Of a stretch of 64,000 bases of DNA, positions 51,140 through 64,000 are shown one piece after another (position 1 is the first letter of the stretch; each line of letters starts with the position of its first letter). The DNA comes from Trichoplax adhaerens (Eukaryota > Animalia > Placozoa). The position numbers were made by a program, and so were the translations under genes. Where the stretch lies: the NCBI RefSeq assembly GCF_000150275.1, contig NW_002060943.1, positions 11,346,878 to 11,410,877 of the forward strand. The letters run 5' to 3'. The notes under the pieces were generated by a model. The model searched no databases. It worked only from the letters and a program-made list of their open reading frames with translations, and was not told where the DNA came from.

Positions 51140-51945
51140 TGCTATTATTTAAAATCTAGCTAAAATAAATTATATGATGTGATAAAATTTGCAATCATGC
51201 TGTAGTGCTGTAGTTCCAGATACTTAAATTTTTATTGAATTATCATTGCTAATTAATCGAAGTTATTTTTTAGCTTTATACTGTAGTCATAAATATGTTT
51301 CTTAGTAGCAAAATACTTCAAGACGGAATGGATAAATCGTTGGATTCTTCCTTCCTTTCTTTCAATAATTATAATAAAATGAATAACGTAGGCTTTCTTC
51401 TCCGTATACAGTAGTTTGGAAAAGTGTGATACAGAAAAATGAATTTAATCTATAATTTATCTGCTCTCATTCTTACAGTATGAAAATTATTAGAGTAATG
51501 CATTTATCTTAGATGTTATCCACTAACTACGAGTATCTCCGATATCTTCGTATGTGCAGCTAATTTACAATTACTTCCTTGGCAAGGTAAACGTTGTAAA
51601 TACTTATCGTATTGTGTATCCAATAAAAGTAATGACAGTAATCCTAACCCTAATGACACCTTATTTTTACGCGAGTGTATAATAAATAGCCATTGAAATT
51701 GTATATTTGTAAATTTATTGGCCTATACCTCTATAACATTAGCTCTATGGAGAGAAAATAAAGAATTTCATATCAGGCAACTAGTAAATAGGCATCGTTT
51801 ACGACAAAAGGCAAAACGTTCATTTCCAAAATGGCCAACGTGCCATGTTTGGTAAATGCCCGTATACGTCAAAATGCTATTAGGATCATTATTATATATA
51901 ATTGCAATATAGAATTAACAAAGGTTACAGATACCAATACAGTAT
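51140..51945 (+). repeat. Calcineurin B 3' UTR/flank, partner of the 44.5-45.3 kb copy
   Basis: Collinear direct similarity to 44500-45345. Confidence 0.9.
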
Positions 51946-52286
51946 AAAGTATGTATCATTTAAAGGATTATAGTTACAAATATAAACTAAATAAACTGCG
52001 TATCTAGTCGGGAGCTGATGCATACAGTCGGTTTAAGAGAAATTACGTAGATATTACAGAAATTAATTCTAAGGAGATTTAAGATATTACATCATTATTA
52101 CCTGGAGCAACACTAAAATACAAATTCATAATTACTTTTTATTTAACATTTTACCAGTAATATTTCCTACTATGAATAGGATACGATATGATGTCTGATA
52201 GCGGTACTAATAATTAATATAATAATATTAGTGATATATTTAGAAGAAGCGATTATACAAGCATCATAAGCATACAAATGCATTGA

Positions 52287-55200
52287 TTAGACATCTACAA
52301 CCATCTTCTTGTGAATATCTGTTGAGGCTACGACCTAAGACAATATCGAACAAATGAATAACAGAAGTCAGTACAAAATGTTTATTATTAAAATAGAAAT
52401 GCACCTTTCAAATCAGACTTATAACCAAAATATTACAATTAATCATGGAAGTGACAAAATTTTTACTAACTTTGCAAAATTCATCGAACGATATTTTTCC
52501 ATCTCCATCCGTGTCGGCATAGATAATAGTTTTGTCAACAATTTGTTGTAACTGTGTATCTTTGAGGTTGCTACCAACCATCATTTTTAGTACACGAAAT
52601 AATTCAGTATTCGTTATGTAGCCATCTTTATCCATATCATATATTCTAAAGGCAACTATATTGTATGGCAAATTAGTATCATTTTGAATCAAACTCGCTA
52701 TCTCAAGTTAACAATGGGAGTGCATTACTTTAATGTAATCGTAAAATATCTTAAGAATCAATAATAAATCGTAAACGCTGATATACGAGTATATTAAGAG
52801 TGCCAAATATACAGTACTTACACTTCAATTTTGATTCCCTGTCGCCTTTAACGCTAAAGAGTGAGACGCCGTGGATAAATTCTACCAAAAGTTAAAATAA
52901 AAAATAGACAAATAGACATGACAGAATTAAAATTTCTTATCTGGTTGTATTTGATAAATAAGCGAACAGTAATCGATCTTATTAATTATTATTATGTGAT
53001 GCATTTTTGCGGGATGCAAATTGTAATCTAAAAGGAATTCAAGGCCTTTACTGTACAGTATGTTACGGAAGTATCTTTGGATAGCTTTTGTACAATATAT
53101 ACAGTAAAAGAATCATCAACTACTTTTTAATAATTACCATATCGACGATTAGATATGAGTTCGTAAATGCATTAATAGATAGGGCCACTATTTTGAAGAC
53201 AATGGACAAATTTGTAAATGCCCCTAAGTTTGACGTAATATTTTTAAACCATTTTGCTATTGTGATATGAGCGTTATATTTAAACACGAAATCCTGCAAG
53301 TTTGCATATATTTTACAGTAAAGAACACAAATGATCTTTCATCATTACGTTTACAAGTAAGTTACGAAGCTGAGATTAAAGAATTTTCAGACTATAAATC
53401 CAATCAGGCTAAGTACTACATACTGTATAGCTGAATGATATCAGTTACGATTCTACTGTATGTAGAAGTATATACAAATAACACTTGCTTTGCAAAGAAA
53501 GACTACTACATGTATGAATTTGAAATTATTGTCTAAGTGAAAACTACGTGTGTGGTCAACTAAGTAATGGAATAGGCTAGCTCAATAAAATTCTTGAAAA
53601 AGGTAATAAAATCGCTAGAACTAAGGTGGCTGTTAATATTACTATAATAGCAATAAATTCCTTTAGTAGCAGAATAATAGGTTTAAGATATAGCGCATCG
53701 CAAAAATGTGTATACATTTCATACCTTTGAAGTCTACTTCACCATTGCCATCTTGATCAAAAATATCTATCACTCTTTGTACTAATGGATTTTGCTGCAA
53801 TTCTGGTAAATTCATAAATTCATCAACCGATAGAGATCCACTGTTATCCAAGTCCATCTTCTTAAATCGCTTTCCCAGACGCTTGACCTCGTCAGCGTCA
53901 ACTACAAGAAAAGTGATTGTGTATATTTAGCAAGAATACTGAAATGGTGATCATACGGGAGATCGAGGACTTTTTAACGAGAGCTGATGCGCTAGTTCAC
54001 AAGTGTTTTAACAATAAATTAAGAGGATTACCCTCACGCCTATAATATATCGTTATAATATACTTTATCTATAGTAATACATGTCCTTGATTGCACTTTC
54101 GCTTACTCGGCTACGATAATATCATAACTGTACGTTTACAATTAACCAGAGGAAAGAGTATATCTATATATACATGCATCCTTAATTAAAGCAAAAACTT
54201 TACTACAAGTAATACAGTCAAGTCGGTCGAAGGTGTTAGCTAAACTGTGTATTACTTTATCGACTAGGACACTAACGATATTAAATTGGTATACAATGTA
54301 TATGTCATGACATATATATATACAGTAACAAGTGTTGTTTGTGACTGTGTCAATGATTCTCTTCAAGTATGGTAAATGTTTGTACAAAACTAGTGATCTG
54401 TGGCTACGGCAATTTGCTCATACTTAGATAGACAAATAGTAGAATTAATTCAGTAGCTGGCACATTCTGTACTGCTATCGTTACAGCGAAATGTAATGAT
54501 TTATTAAGTCTTTTTCACCCACGTACTCGTGTTTTACAAGCAAAGTTCGTTACAAGTGCCAGCTTCTTTGTAGCGATATAGAACGTTATTAAGCTAATGA
54601 TATTAAGTAATTTGTAACTACCATATGTAAATGAGTTGTTGTCCACAGGGGACAATGAATAGTTTTTTAAAGACTATTATAATGAACTCATGAAACAATC
54701 AATGTAATAAATGGAATGTTGGTATCGCTGAGATCAAATGTCTATTCAATACGATGGGCCGGATCCTTTGTGAGATAGCTCAGTTCGTCTATGATTCCGT
54801 TTACAGTTCATGCTATGCACAATTGACATGGCTATGCACCAATAGTAACGTAATCTCTCGAGTACAACAAATACTAGTGTAAACTCATCCACTGCACATA
54901 AACATGTACTATACAGACTAATACGATAGTAAAATAAAAATAAGCAAAAAGCTATACTATACTTACAATTAGTGATCATCGGTATCGAAGCATCGTTTCC
55001 CTATCATAACAAATAACAATAACGTGAGGAAAATTCAAAAATAAAAGTTCTATCGGTACTTAATATCTTTTATAGTATCAGTATGTATATATCTATATCT
55101 ATATAATACATTGTCCAGAATCTTTGAAAGGAAGCTGATATGAAGGAGGGTTTTATAAGAAATAATAAACAAACAAATAACAGGCAATAAGCCAGTGCAA

Positions 55201-56770
55201 TAACACGTAATAGACTGTCCATCATCGTTCACTGGTTTTCTAGTACCGTTTGTCATCCACACAAACAAATAAAATAAATATCGAAAACAGCCACTTACCC
55301 TTGTGACTAGGTATAGTTTAGACTAGAGCAGACTGTTCCGTTCCCATACAGGGCTGTATGGTTCGGGTTTTGCAAAAGGCTACAGTACAATGCACTGTAG
55401 TTTACAGTGTTCAGTAAAGCTATCACGCGAGCTACGCAAGACATCGTGCAAACAATTGTACAGTAATCGAGTATGAGGCTAGCAGAACTTCAAGCGTTAC
55501 AGTTGCTATTACAGTACTATATTCACGTTGCATACGCTTGAACGGAACACAATACTGTACTGTACTATGGATGGACTGTCAGACTATGAGTGTGGGAACT
55601 ACTGTATTTGGCTGTCGCGATCTGCACGGTAAATAAAAAATAATATTCTTCATTTCTGCATGCATGTATTGAAAAAAATTTGCACCTACTTATAACTTTT
55701 AAATTATCAACAACAAGAAATAAGCATATCAGAGATATCATTATGTCAAATAGATTGACTCAATTTGATGTTTTGAACAACAGTAGTATAGTATCGTGGT
55801 TTGCTACTCATGTAAACGGATAGACGGGCAGCACTCCAAAAGTTAGTGATCGTTCAATTATTGTACATGGCTGTAACAAAATTTGGGTTCATTTACTTTT
55901 TACACCTATTATCAAGAACTGGCAATTTCTTCTTTTAAGCAATGAAGAAAATGTTATATTATACTATCATAATTTGACATTCAAAGTATTATGCCATATT
56001 GTGTTGTGTAACCTATAGACTTGTCGATAAAGAACGTTAATTAACGTTCTGGCTAGCATGTTTTTACTGCTTACGTCGACATCCTTCATATGTATTCCCA
56101 CAGCATTCACCTGCAAGCAGTAAGTAAATGACTGCCTGAATTGTGCAAATGTGATTCTATAAATTGAAATGCCCTAGTTCACTTCATTGCATAAAACAAA
56201 TAAATTTAATGTTTAAATCAACCATTTAAGCCACATCGAACGCTTTAGTCACTGTTACTCAGGTTCCGCATAGTAGGCTGATCAATATCAATGCGTACTG
56301 TAAGGTACTATGAGCATTGTAACCATTGACACGCATAATGACTAGGCCTAGCGACCAGTAAGTCGCATTAGCGATATTGTCAATAATAAGTTATGATTTG
56401 GGTAATGGCTACTTGCAATTGCACGGCGATAACTTGATAGTGACAAGAGTGATGGTGTAATTTCGATATTAACGGAAGAAGATACGCTGTAATGAGCCAA
56501 CGCCGATTCAATTTTACAGCATTATATCTTATATCATACGTCTGATGAGTTAGTTACATACATTATCGTTACTGTACTCTACTTGACTACAGTATTCACA
56601 AGTCAAGTCAAGCAGGGTCAAAACCGTGTAAAGGAAAGAGGCGAAATAAAAAGGACAACGTATGCAAAAACGGAGTAAAAATTGGCAACCTGACGATAAA
56701 CTAAATAATAATTTCTTTTACAACTCTATACGACAGTAACTAGGGTATTATACGTTCTATGTGTTACCAT
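52287..56770 (-). CDS. PPP3R1: Calcineurin subunit B (4 EF-hands), 6 coding exons
   Basis: ATG-only first coding exon (CAAGATG|GTAAC at 56770-56768), then [50 protein letters not shown], ending [10 protein letters not shown]. Confidence 0.96.
55299..55370 (-). other. Putative alternative first exon of calcineurin B
   Basis: Strong donor AGG|GTAAGT at 55298. Contains ATG GGA ACG GAA CAG TCT GCT CTA GTC TAA and has its own TACTG cluster upstream at 55380-55570. Confidence 0.5.
55380..55570. repeat. Loose TACTG/CAGTA cluster
   Basis: Repeated tacagta/tactgtac units. Confidence 0.65.
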
Positions 56771-56884
56771 CTTGCTGATTTCTTCTAATTTTCCTTTCTA
56801 GTTCCGTTAACATACGATAGAGAAAAGCCCACTGGAAACGTCCACCGCCTGTAAAAGTAGTCTTCGATCTTAAAATGCCACTTT

Positions 56885-57010
56885 GTACTGTAAGGTACAG
56901 TGCAAAGCAGCGTACAGTACAGTACTGTACTGTAGATGTGTCGCCAGCATACTGTACTGTACTGTACACTGTAAAGTACTGTAGGCATACGATACGGTAC
57001 TGTACTGTAA
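56885..57010. repeat. TACTG/CAGTA array upstream of calcineurin B exon 1
   Basis: Shares a 25-nt block (tctacagtacagtactgtactgtac) in reverse complement with 42979 and a 15-nt block with 12831. Confidence 0.9.
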
Positions 57011-58239
57011 ACTTTCTTATGGTTTCTAGTCTTCCTCTTTCTTAGTCCCGGTCCCGTACGGGACCGTGATGCTTATGCTAGCTTACGGTTTTGAATGGTA
57101 TCAGGATCAAGGGCTATTCGAGAACAGACCAAAGTCTCAATTTTGGCTCATTTCTATCACTCTGAATACTAGTGAATTGCATTTCCCAAAGTCAGCAACT
57201 TTAACCCTAAGTAGGTACTGTGCTAACGGTAAATACCCAATTATTGAATGGATACATCAAATATTAAATTATACAGCAGTTGTCTACGAATGCTGATAAT
57301 TATAGAGGTGATAACTGAATACAGTATTGGAGTGTGGCTACTATATTTTCATATGTATGCATATTATTTCATTTTTTTTACTAGCTTAACCCGCACACCA
57401 TGCCGTGCGAATGAAACTTTTTATACTACTGTATATTATGTGTAATTTACAGGCGATGACTTATGCAGAATTATACAATAACAATACGGTATGCGCACAA
57501 TGTATAGCATATATAAGACAATGCGCGGCCACAGCACTGAAAAAAATTGAATTGATTAGCTCAGCGATATACTGTACTAATTTACAGTATTTTAGATCAT
57601 CGACTACTAAATACTGCATAGTCAGATATACATACAGCGTATGTCTTAACCAGTTGATTACTACTTCCTCGCGCTGTAAGAAATAGTCTTATACTACTCG
57701 GTGGGCTCAAAATTAATAAACTTGCATTTCTTCATTATCTATAAACTATATAGTATTTTGGAAAGAAAACTTTGAAGCACTCCACTCAAAATTTCCTGTT
57801 CTACACTAACTAGTAGCACTGTGCCAGTTACATAAATTGACTATACGTACAGTATAAAGCCATTAAATAAATAATTCAATTACTAATTGCCTGTACTGTA
57901 ACTGGTAGTCAGAGTGTGTGTGGCGGCAGCTGCAGGGTACCATCAAAACAATGTTAAATTAGCACTCTAAACCTAGCACAAAGGTGTTAGGATATGGTAT
58001 TACTCGTTTATTAGAATAATTAAATGACATCGAGCATGAAAAATTGTTCAAGACACCCACGTGTTGACAACTTTTAGAACAAAATGGTACCACTTGTACG
58101 TATGACTCGTAATTGATTACGCTACTGAGTACACTCTCTTCATTCAATCCTACAAATAATGATAATTCACAGAGCACGCAAAAATGCACAGAACTAAAGC
58201 CCAAAAATCAAAACACATAAAATATTATATTGAAATCCA

Positions 58240-61200
58240 TTAAAATTTAAAATTAATTTCCCAATCGTCAACTATATTCACTTCAGGTTTCTTTACAGTT
58301 AAGCGTCTATTTTCGCGATCATATTTAAACTTCAATTTACGAGGTGTGGAATCTGTAAAATTATAAACGAAACTGTAAATGACAATCTGTTTTGATACTG
58401 CAGTTAAAATTTTGACAGAAATTACGGTAAACTTACTTTTTCCAGATACAGATATTTTAGACGGTTTATTTTTCATTCCTAAGACAACAATTTTCTCTAA
58501 CCAGGAATTTGTCTTATAATTCCCATACGCACTGCCAGGCCTACAAAGTTAATGACATTGATATCACGAACATAATTATTATTAAATATTTCCTCTAACA
58601 GGAGAAACAAATTCGGATCTTGATATCAAAATCGCGAATTTCTCTTAATATGTAATATATAATTCATCAATTTCTGATGGTATGCGAGGATTACCTCGAA
58701 GAGAGGACGTTGTCCTCATACGTAAATTTTCGTAGGCTAAATTCACCCTTAGAATAATCAAAACTATGGCCATCATCAATGTATAACTGTCCTAAAGCTT
58801 GAGCCTGCCAAATAAATTTGAAAGGAATTATTTCACACTGAACTTAACGATAATACTATGCCACATAATTTTAAGGAAATTTTATTTACTTTTCTATTAA
58901 GCGCGACTGTTAACGTATATGGGTCGTCGTACATCAAGGACGAACAACGCCGAATTCGCTCTTTCCGTGGAACAATACTTCCGCCGCGTTGAAAGACTGG
59001 AATCTAAATGGAACGTATCAGGATTTGTGTTTGCATTAACGTTACTTTAGATATTATAATGTTCCAATTTCGGAGATCACCCTTTATTGTACCGTATCAT
59101 GATGACAGAAAAATAAACCCATACCTTATTAAGCGAAACACTCATAGAAATACTACGAGGACCAGTAAACCATTTATAATTTTCGATATCGTACCATAGC
59201 TGTGATCCATATTAGTTATATATTTTAAAATTAGGTGCATTTAGAGATAAAGCATTAAGCGATGGCCTTGTATCATTAATTATAGATAATACGTGTATAC
59301 CTCGTTATTTCCAGGCAAGTATATGCTAGTACTAGATGCACTGGCATCAGTAATTGGTTTTACTAATAGATCAGATCCTGCAATATAATGTATACAGATA
59401 GGAAATTTAAATCAAAGCTAGCAACTGTAAAATCAAGTTCAATGACTACATTACAAACCGATTAGATACTCATCAGACATCGCAAATGTCGACACATCTT
59501 CTGGATACTCGGTAAACAAAGGTCTAAGATGGTCAAAAATTTCTTTAAATGTCTTGATTTCTAGTTAGCTAGGCAAAATATTGCGAAATATATCCAAAAC
59601 TTGTCCATTTACATTAAAAAAATGATCTAACCTTATTATTGTTCCTCCCTTGACAGAAGCTTGATAAAAGAGTGTGTACCAAAACGGTAATAATGCATAT
59701 CTAGTACGGATTGCATCACGTACGATATTCATATTCGCCTCAGCTAGCAACCACGGTTCTCTTCTACGGGTATCAATGTGTGCATGTGCACGGAAAAACG
59801 GTTGATAAGACGCTGTTTGATACCACCTGACAAGAAGTTCTTCATCAGGATTTTTGAAAAAGCCACCGACGTCAGCTAATAATTTAATGTTAAAAATTAA
59901 TAATTTAGCATAACTTGCAATATTTTAATTAATTATATAGTATACGGTGTATAATTTTCGACAACAACGTACCACCAGCAAATGGTAATCCAGCTATACT
60001 GATGCTCATAATCATTGGGAGTGAGATTTTTAAGTGCTCCCATGAAGCGGTATTATCCCCAGTCCAAATAGCACCAAAACGCTGAGATCCGGCAAAAAAA
60101 GCACGCGACAGTACAAATGGCCTTTCTTTGAATCCTGATCGGGCAATTAAACCATCAGCCGTGGCTTTATGCTACAATATTTACAGATAGTAACAAAATA
60201 ATACGATAAGCCGAAAGTATAATTAGGATATTAAACACTAAGGCTGTGACGCAATCAAATAATCAGATACCGCATAAAGTCCAAATATATTGTGGACATC
60301 GCGATGTTCCCAACCTCCAAAGTGCTTTGCATCTTTATGCATAGTAATCTCTGGACCGTTAAAAACTGAGGGCTACATTAAATTTTAAATTATACCGAAA
60401 TTCATTCAATCACAATACACTGTGCTAGCGTTTTAAACTTTACGTATTTCATAAGTACTTGTAGGTAATGTACATCTATTAATGTTAGTAGACTATAGTC
60501 ATACTTCATTCATATCGTTCCAGATGAAAAGCGAATTGGTTGAACCCTGTTCAATTGATCAATTAAGAGTTGCTTAAAAATTTTGCTGCTTTTCAATATG
60601 CAGTACCCTGTATATGACTTCACTAGCTAACGCATCAAGTTACGCTAAACAAAATATTTGCTTGATTCCCTCACAAAATAATACAAATATTTACCGGGTA
60701 ATTATCAAGATTAAATCTGGAGGCCCACCAATCTCGATGTTCAGGGTTTATAAAATCAATCCACGATGATGATCCTGGCCAACACCAGCCCTCGTAAACG
60801 TTATCATCTTTGTTCTTTACATAACGTCCTTGATTCGAAGCATCCTAACGAAATCAATGATAAGTAGTAATCCTTTTTAATAATTAGAACATACGTTTTA
60901 ATCGAATTACCTGATCAATACCGTAACCACTATCCCTTTTAATATGTGGATCGACAATTGTGACCATCTAATTAGTTGAACGATACATAAAATTACAGAA
61001 ATTATTATGTTGAAAAGGCAGTTCAAAAGTCTATTCGTGATTTACTAAGCTGTGAATAGTAAAACTTCGTATTTATGTTTCAGTAAAGAAATCTTTATAT
61101 GGTAGCTAACCTTACGCCCTTTAGCTGCAAGACTTTTCTGCATATCTTCAGGGTTAGGAAATTTCGTAGAATCCCACGTAAAGTATCTATGAAACAGTTT

Positions 61201-63731
61201 GTAGAATTGATTAGTTACAAAATATTTCACTTTATACTATCTGAAAGACACATTACAATACAGTCGCGCAATAATTATAGGATGGTTAATGCAGCGACAC
61301 TACAAAGTCTTGGTTTTTTAACCCACTTTTTTCCATCGGTATGTTCGATATCAAGCCAAAGAACATCATATGGAATATCATGCTCATCAAATTTAGAGTC
61401 CACACTTGAATAAATTAAATTATATCAAACATAAGCATGATTATTAAGGTATAATTTTTGATATTGTCGACTAACCTTCGAACATCTTCTTCATCATTAT
61501 AGTTCCATCTTGACTGGTGATAAGCTATAGCAAATAACTATAACAAGCATAAGTAAAATTACGATACTAGGATACCGTTGATAACATTTATAATTCATAA
61601 GCTACTAAAATATTATTAACCGGAGGTAAATAAGTTGGTCCAGTCAAGCTTGCATACTGTTCAAACACATCATTAGGTCTAGGTCCAAACATAAAAAAGA
61701 CGTCGATAATGCCACTTTCAGAAAACCAATGAGTGTCAATTTGTGGCATTTCCTCATTGCCTTTTAGCATAGACGCGAAGCGGCTTAGGATCGACTATGA
61801 ATTCAAATTAAGAATGAGAGAAATAATAACAGATTAAAATAGGGATATGCACACTTGCTGTAGAAAGATACAATAGCAATATGGTTTAGCGTGCGAACAT
61901 CTTTGGCTTTATTTGAATCGATATCAATCCAAGTTTCGGCGGCATTCATCCAGAAAAGTCCAACCGTTGATTTTGCACTAAAATTATCAAAACCCTAGTC
62001 TAAATATCTTGCCCTGTGCAAAGCAATAGTGTAATACAACTGCATCTCACCAATGGGCTAACATAAAAGGAATTGATCCATATAATGCCATAGGATTATC
62101 GATCTCATATTCAAATACATCCAAGTTATACAATCGATAAGGATCGCCACCACTAGAAGTATACAAATAATGAAATGTTCTTCAATTACGGCAATTTATA
62201 CCTATTACTCATGAGGATATTGGAACAATCTGTAAGGGCACTATATGGAAAATAAATGTAATTTAATACACTGCATATGCATTAACGTACGAGGTCGATT
62301 TCAGCGCTAGGCTATCTGCATGTTCAGGAATTCCATATACGTGTTCGACTCCAGGAAATGAAAAATCCAAACCTACTGAACTGGGACCTAATCAAAGTAT
62401 AAATTAAGATATCGTGAGTTTTGGTACGATTATCAGTTATTATTATGACGGCAAACGATAACTAGCAGATGCCATAAGCGTCAGTATAAAAGCTAAAATG
62501 ATGTAGAATAGCATTTACCCTTCGGTTTTGAATCTGAATGGCTTTTAAAAGTTTCCTCCCACAATCCTTTCAATTCTTCATCTCTTTGGCCAACTTTATC
62601 GGCCAGATTCTCATCTACAGCGGGGACGTCCTCAGTTTCACTTGAAACTTGATTTACTGCCTCACTATTTTCACTACCTTCCTTAGTGCTTTCATCAGCT
62701 GGTTTACTCTCCTCCTGAAATGCCCTTAGTGCATGAACATAGATTTAATAATCATTATTATTTGCCTTATACGATCTGTCTAAAAATAATATGATTTTTG
62801 CAGATTTGCATGACGTAAAAAGTAGATTAGTATTAGCAATTGACACAAGCGCTACAGATTGGGAATACTCGTATGAACGATTATTTACTAACGGTATCAT
62901 CAATTTCATAATGTACTTACTGCTTTTTTCTATAGTTTTCAAAGTTCATTAAACCACGAGAGTTGACACTTATGACCAAAGTGTTATTAACGAGAAAATC
63001 GATTCTGAAGGGTTTCAGTGTCAAAATAAGTTGTTTATCTCTGAAATTAAGCTGGATACCCTGATCATCGCGATTAGCCAAGACCCCGCTGTTAGGATGA
63101 AAGATATAATTTTAGTTATTAAACTGCTTATACGTATACTGTAATTAATACTCGTGACGTAGTAATATAATTTTAATATAAGTTCATTACCAGAACTATT
63201 AAAGAAAAATAGCTAATACTATAACGATGCATCACGTAAACGTCATTTACAGACAATTACTTACGTCTCTTCGTCCGGTTCTTTAATTAGAATATCTTCT
63301 ACTTCGTATCTCGGATACATAGGATTCTTTTCCTTGATCCTTAATCTAGCCTTACCATTACGTAATACAGCAACAGTAGCTGCTAAAAGAGCATCATTTG
63401 CCTGGTTTTTTATATCGAAGCTTATTTTAGATCCCTGAATGCTAATTGAATCATCTACAACATTGTATGGAGATTGATTAGGGCTAATTTCTCTGTTGCG
63501 TCTATTGGAAAAATGAGTAAGCATTTAAGTTCACGCTTTCGTTAGTCTTTACGATACAAGCAAAAATTGCAACAGCTCAATATCTTTATTCGGTTCTTAC
63601 TTGCAAAAACTACTATCGTTGCACGTTTTGAAATTGCTCCGATCTACTCCATTAACAGCAATGATTACAATAGCGGTAACCAATAATAACCTTAATTTAG
63701 AATTTAGACACAGAAAAAATAAAGATTGCAT
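58240..63731 (-). CDS. GANAB: Glucosidase II alpha subunit (GH31), multi-exon; the true start may lie in an exon beyond the window
   Basis: Signal peptide followed by [20 protein letters not shown], catalytic WNDMNEP, WTGDN, GADVGGFF and FFRAHAH. An in-frame ATG lies at 63731. Confidence 0.96.
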
Positions 63732-64000
63732 TATTATTTATATTTTTTCATACGAAATTCGTAACTCCTATTCCTGTTGAGATCGGGACAAAGTTCGATT
63801 GTGAGCTCATATATAGCATAATAAGATTTCCAGCCCATACCATGAATTACAGACAGTTATTGCGTAAGACTGGGTTTTAAGTAAAGTTTGTGCAGAATAT
63901 GGTGTGAATTGATACATAGGAATTTTGATAATTCTAATAGTTATATACCCGTGGAAATGTCATTTCATCAGTTAATAAATGCTATAAGCGTATTTACTAC

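Noticed and set aside
51600-51900. Telomerase RNA suggested by the CCTAACCCTAA template-like word
   Set aside because: Very AT-rich, no convincing pseudoknot or H/ACA domain, and it overlaps the probable calcineurin B 3' UTR.
44500-51945. LTR retroelement or composite transposon carrying folB between direct repeats
   Set aside because: The repeats look like host 3' flank sequence. I see no TG..CA ends, primer-binding site, TSD or transposase/RT remnants, and a tandem duplication explains them better.

Overview
AT-rich (roughly one-third GC), intron-dense eukaryotic DNA, most consistent with a compact early-branching animal genome. A placozoan such as Trichoplax is my inference from gene content, the short introns and the pervasive TACTG/CAGTA repeats; it is not proven. 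Six multi-exon housekeeping genes lie on the minus strand: an RRBP1/kinectin-like ER protein, a mitochondrial-type valyl-tRNA synthetase, EF1-gamma, APC/C subunit 1, calcineurin B and glucosidase II alpha. On the plus strand are a 4-exon orphan coiled-coil gene (119 aa, missed by the ORF track) and an intronless FolB/FolX-family pterin enzyme gene, a family animals are generally thought to lack. That gene sits inside a rearranged block (about 40.4-52 kb) carrying decayed direct and inverted copies of the ANAPC1 5' end and a copy of the calcineurin B 3' flank. This suggests a possibly horizontally acquired pterin gene that may have captured host promoter/splice signals. TACTG/CAGTA arrays lie just upstream of each of five inferred first exons. 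There is also a candidate structured RNA between the ValRS and orphan genes, an alternative calcineurin B first exon, and two GC-AG introns. Exon joins were worked out by hand; CDS coordinates span first to last coding base including introns.
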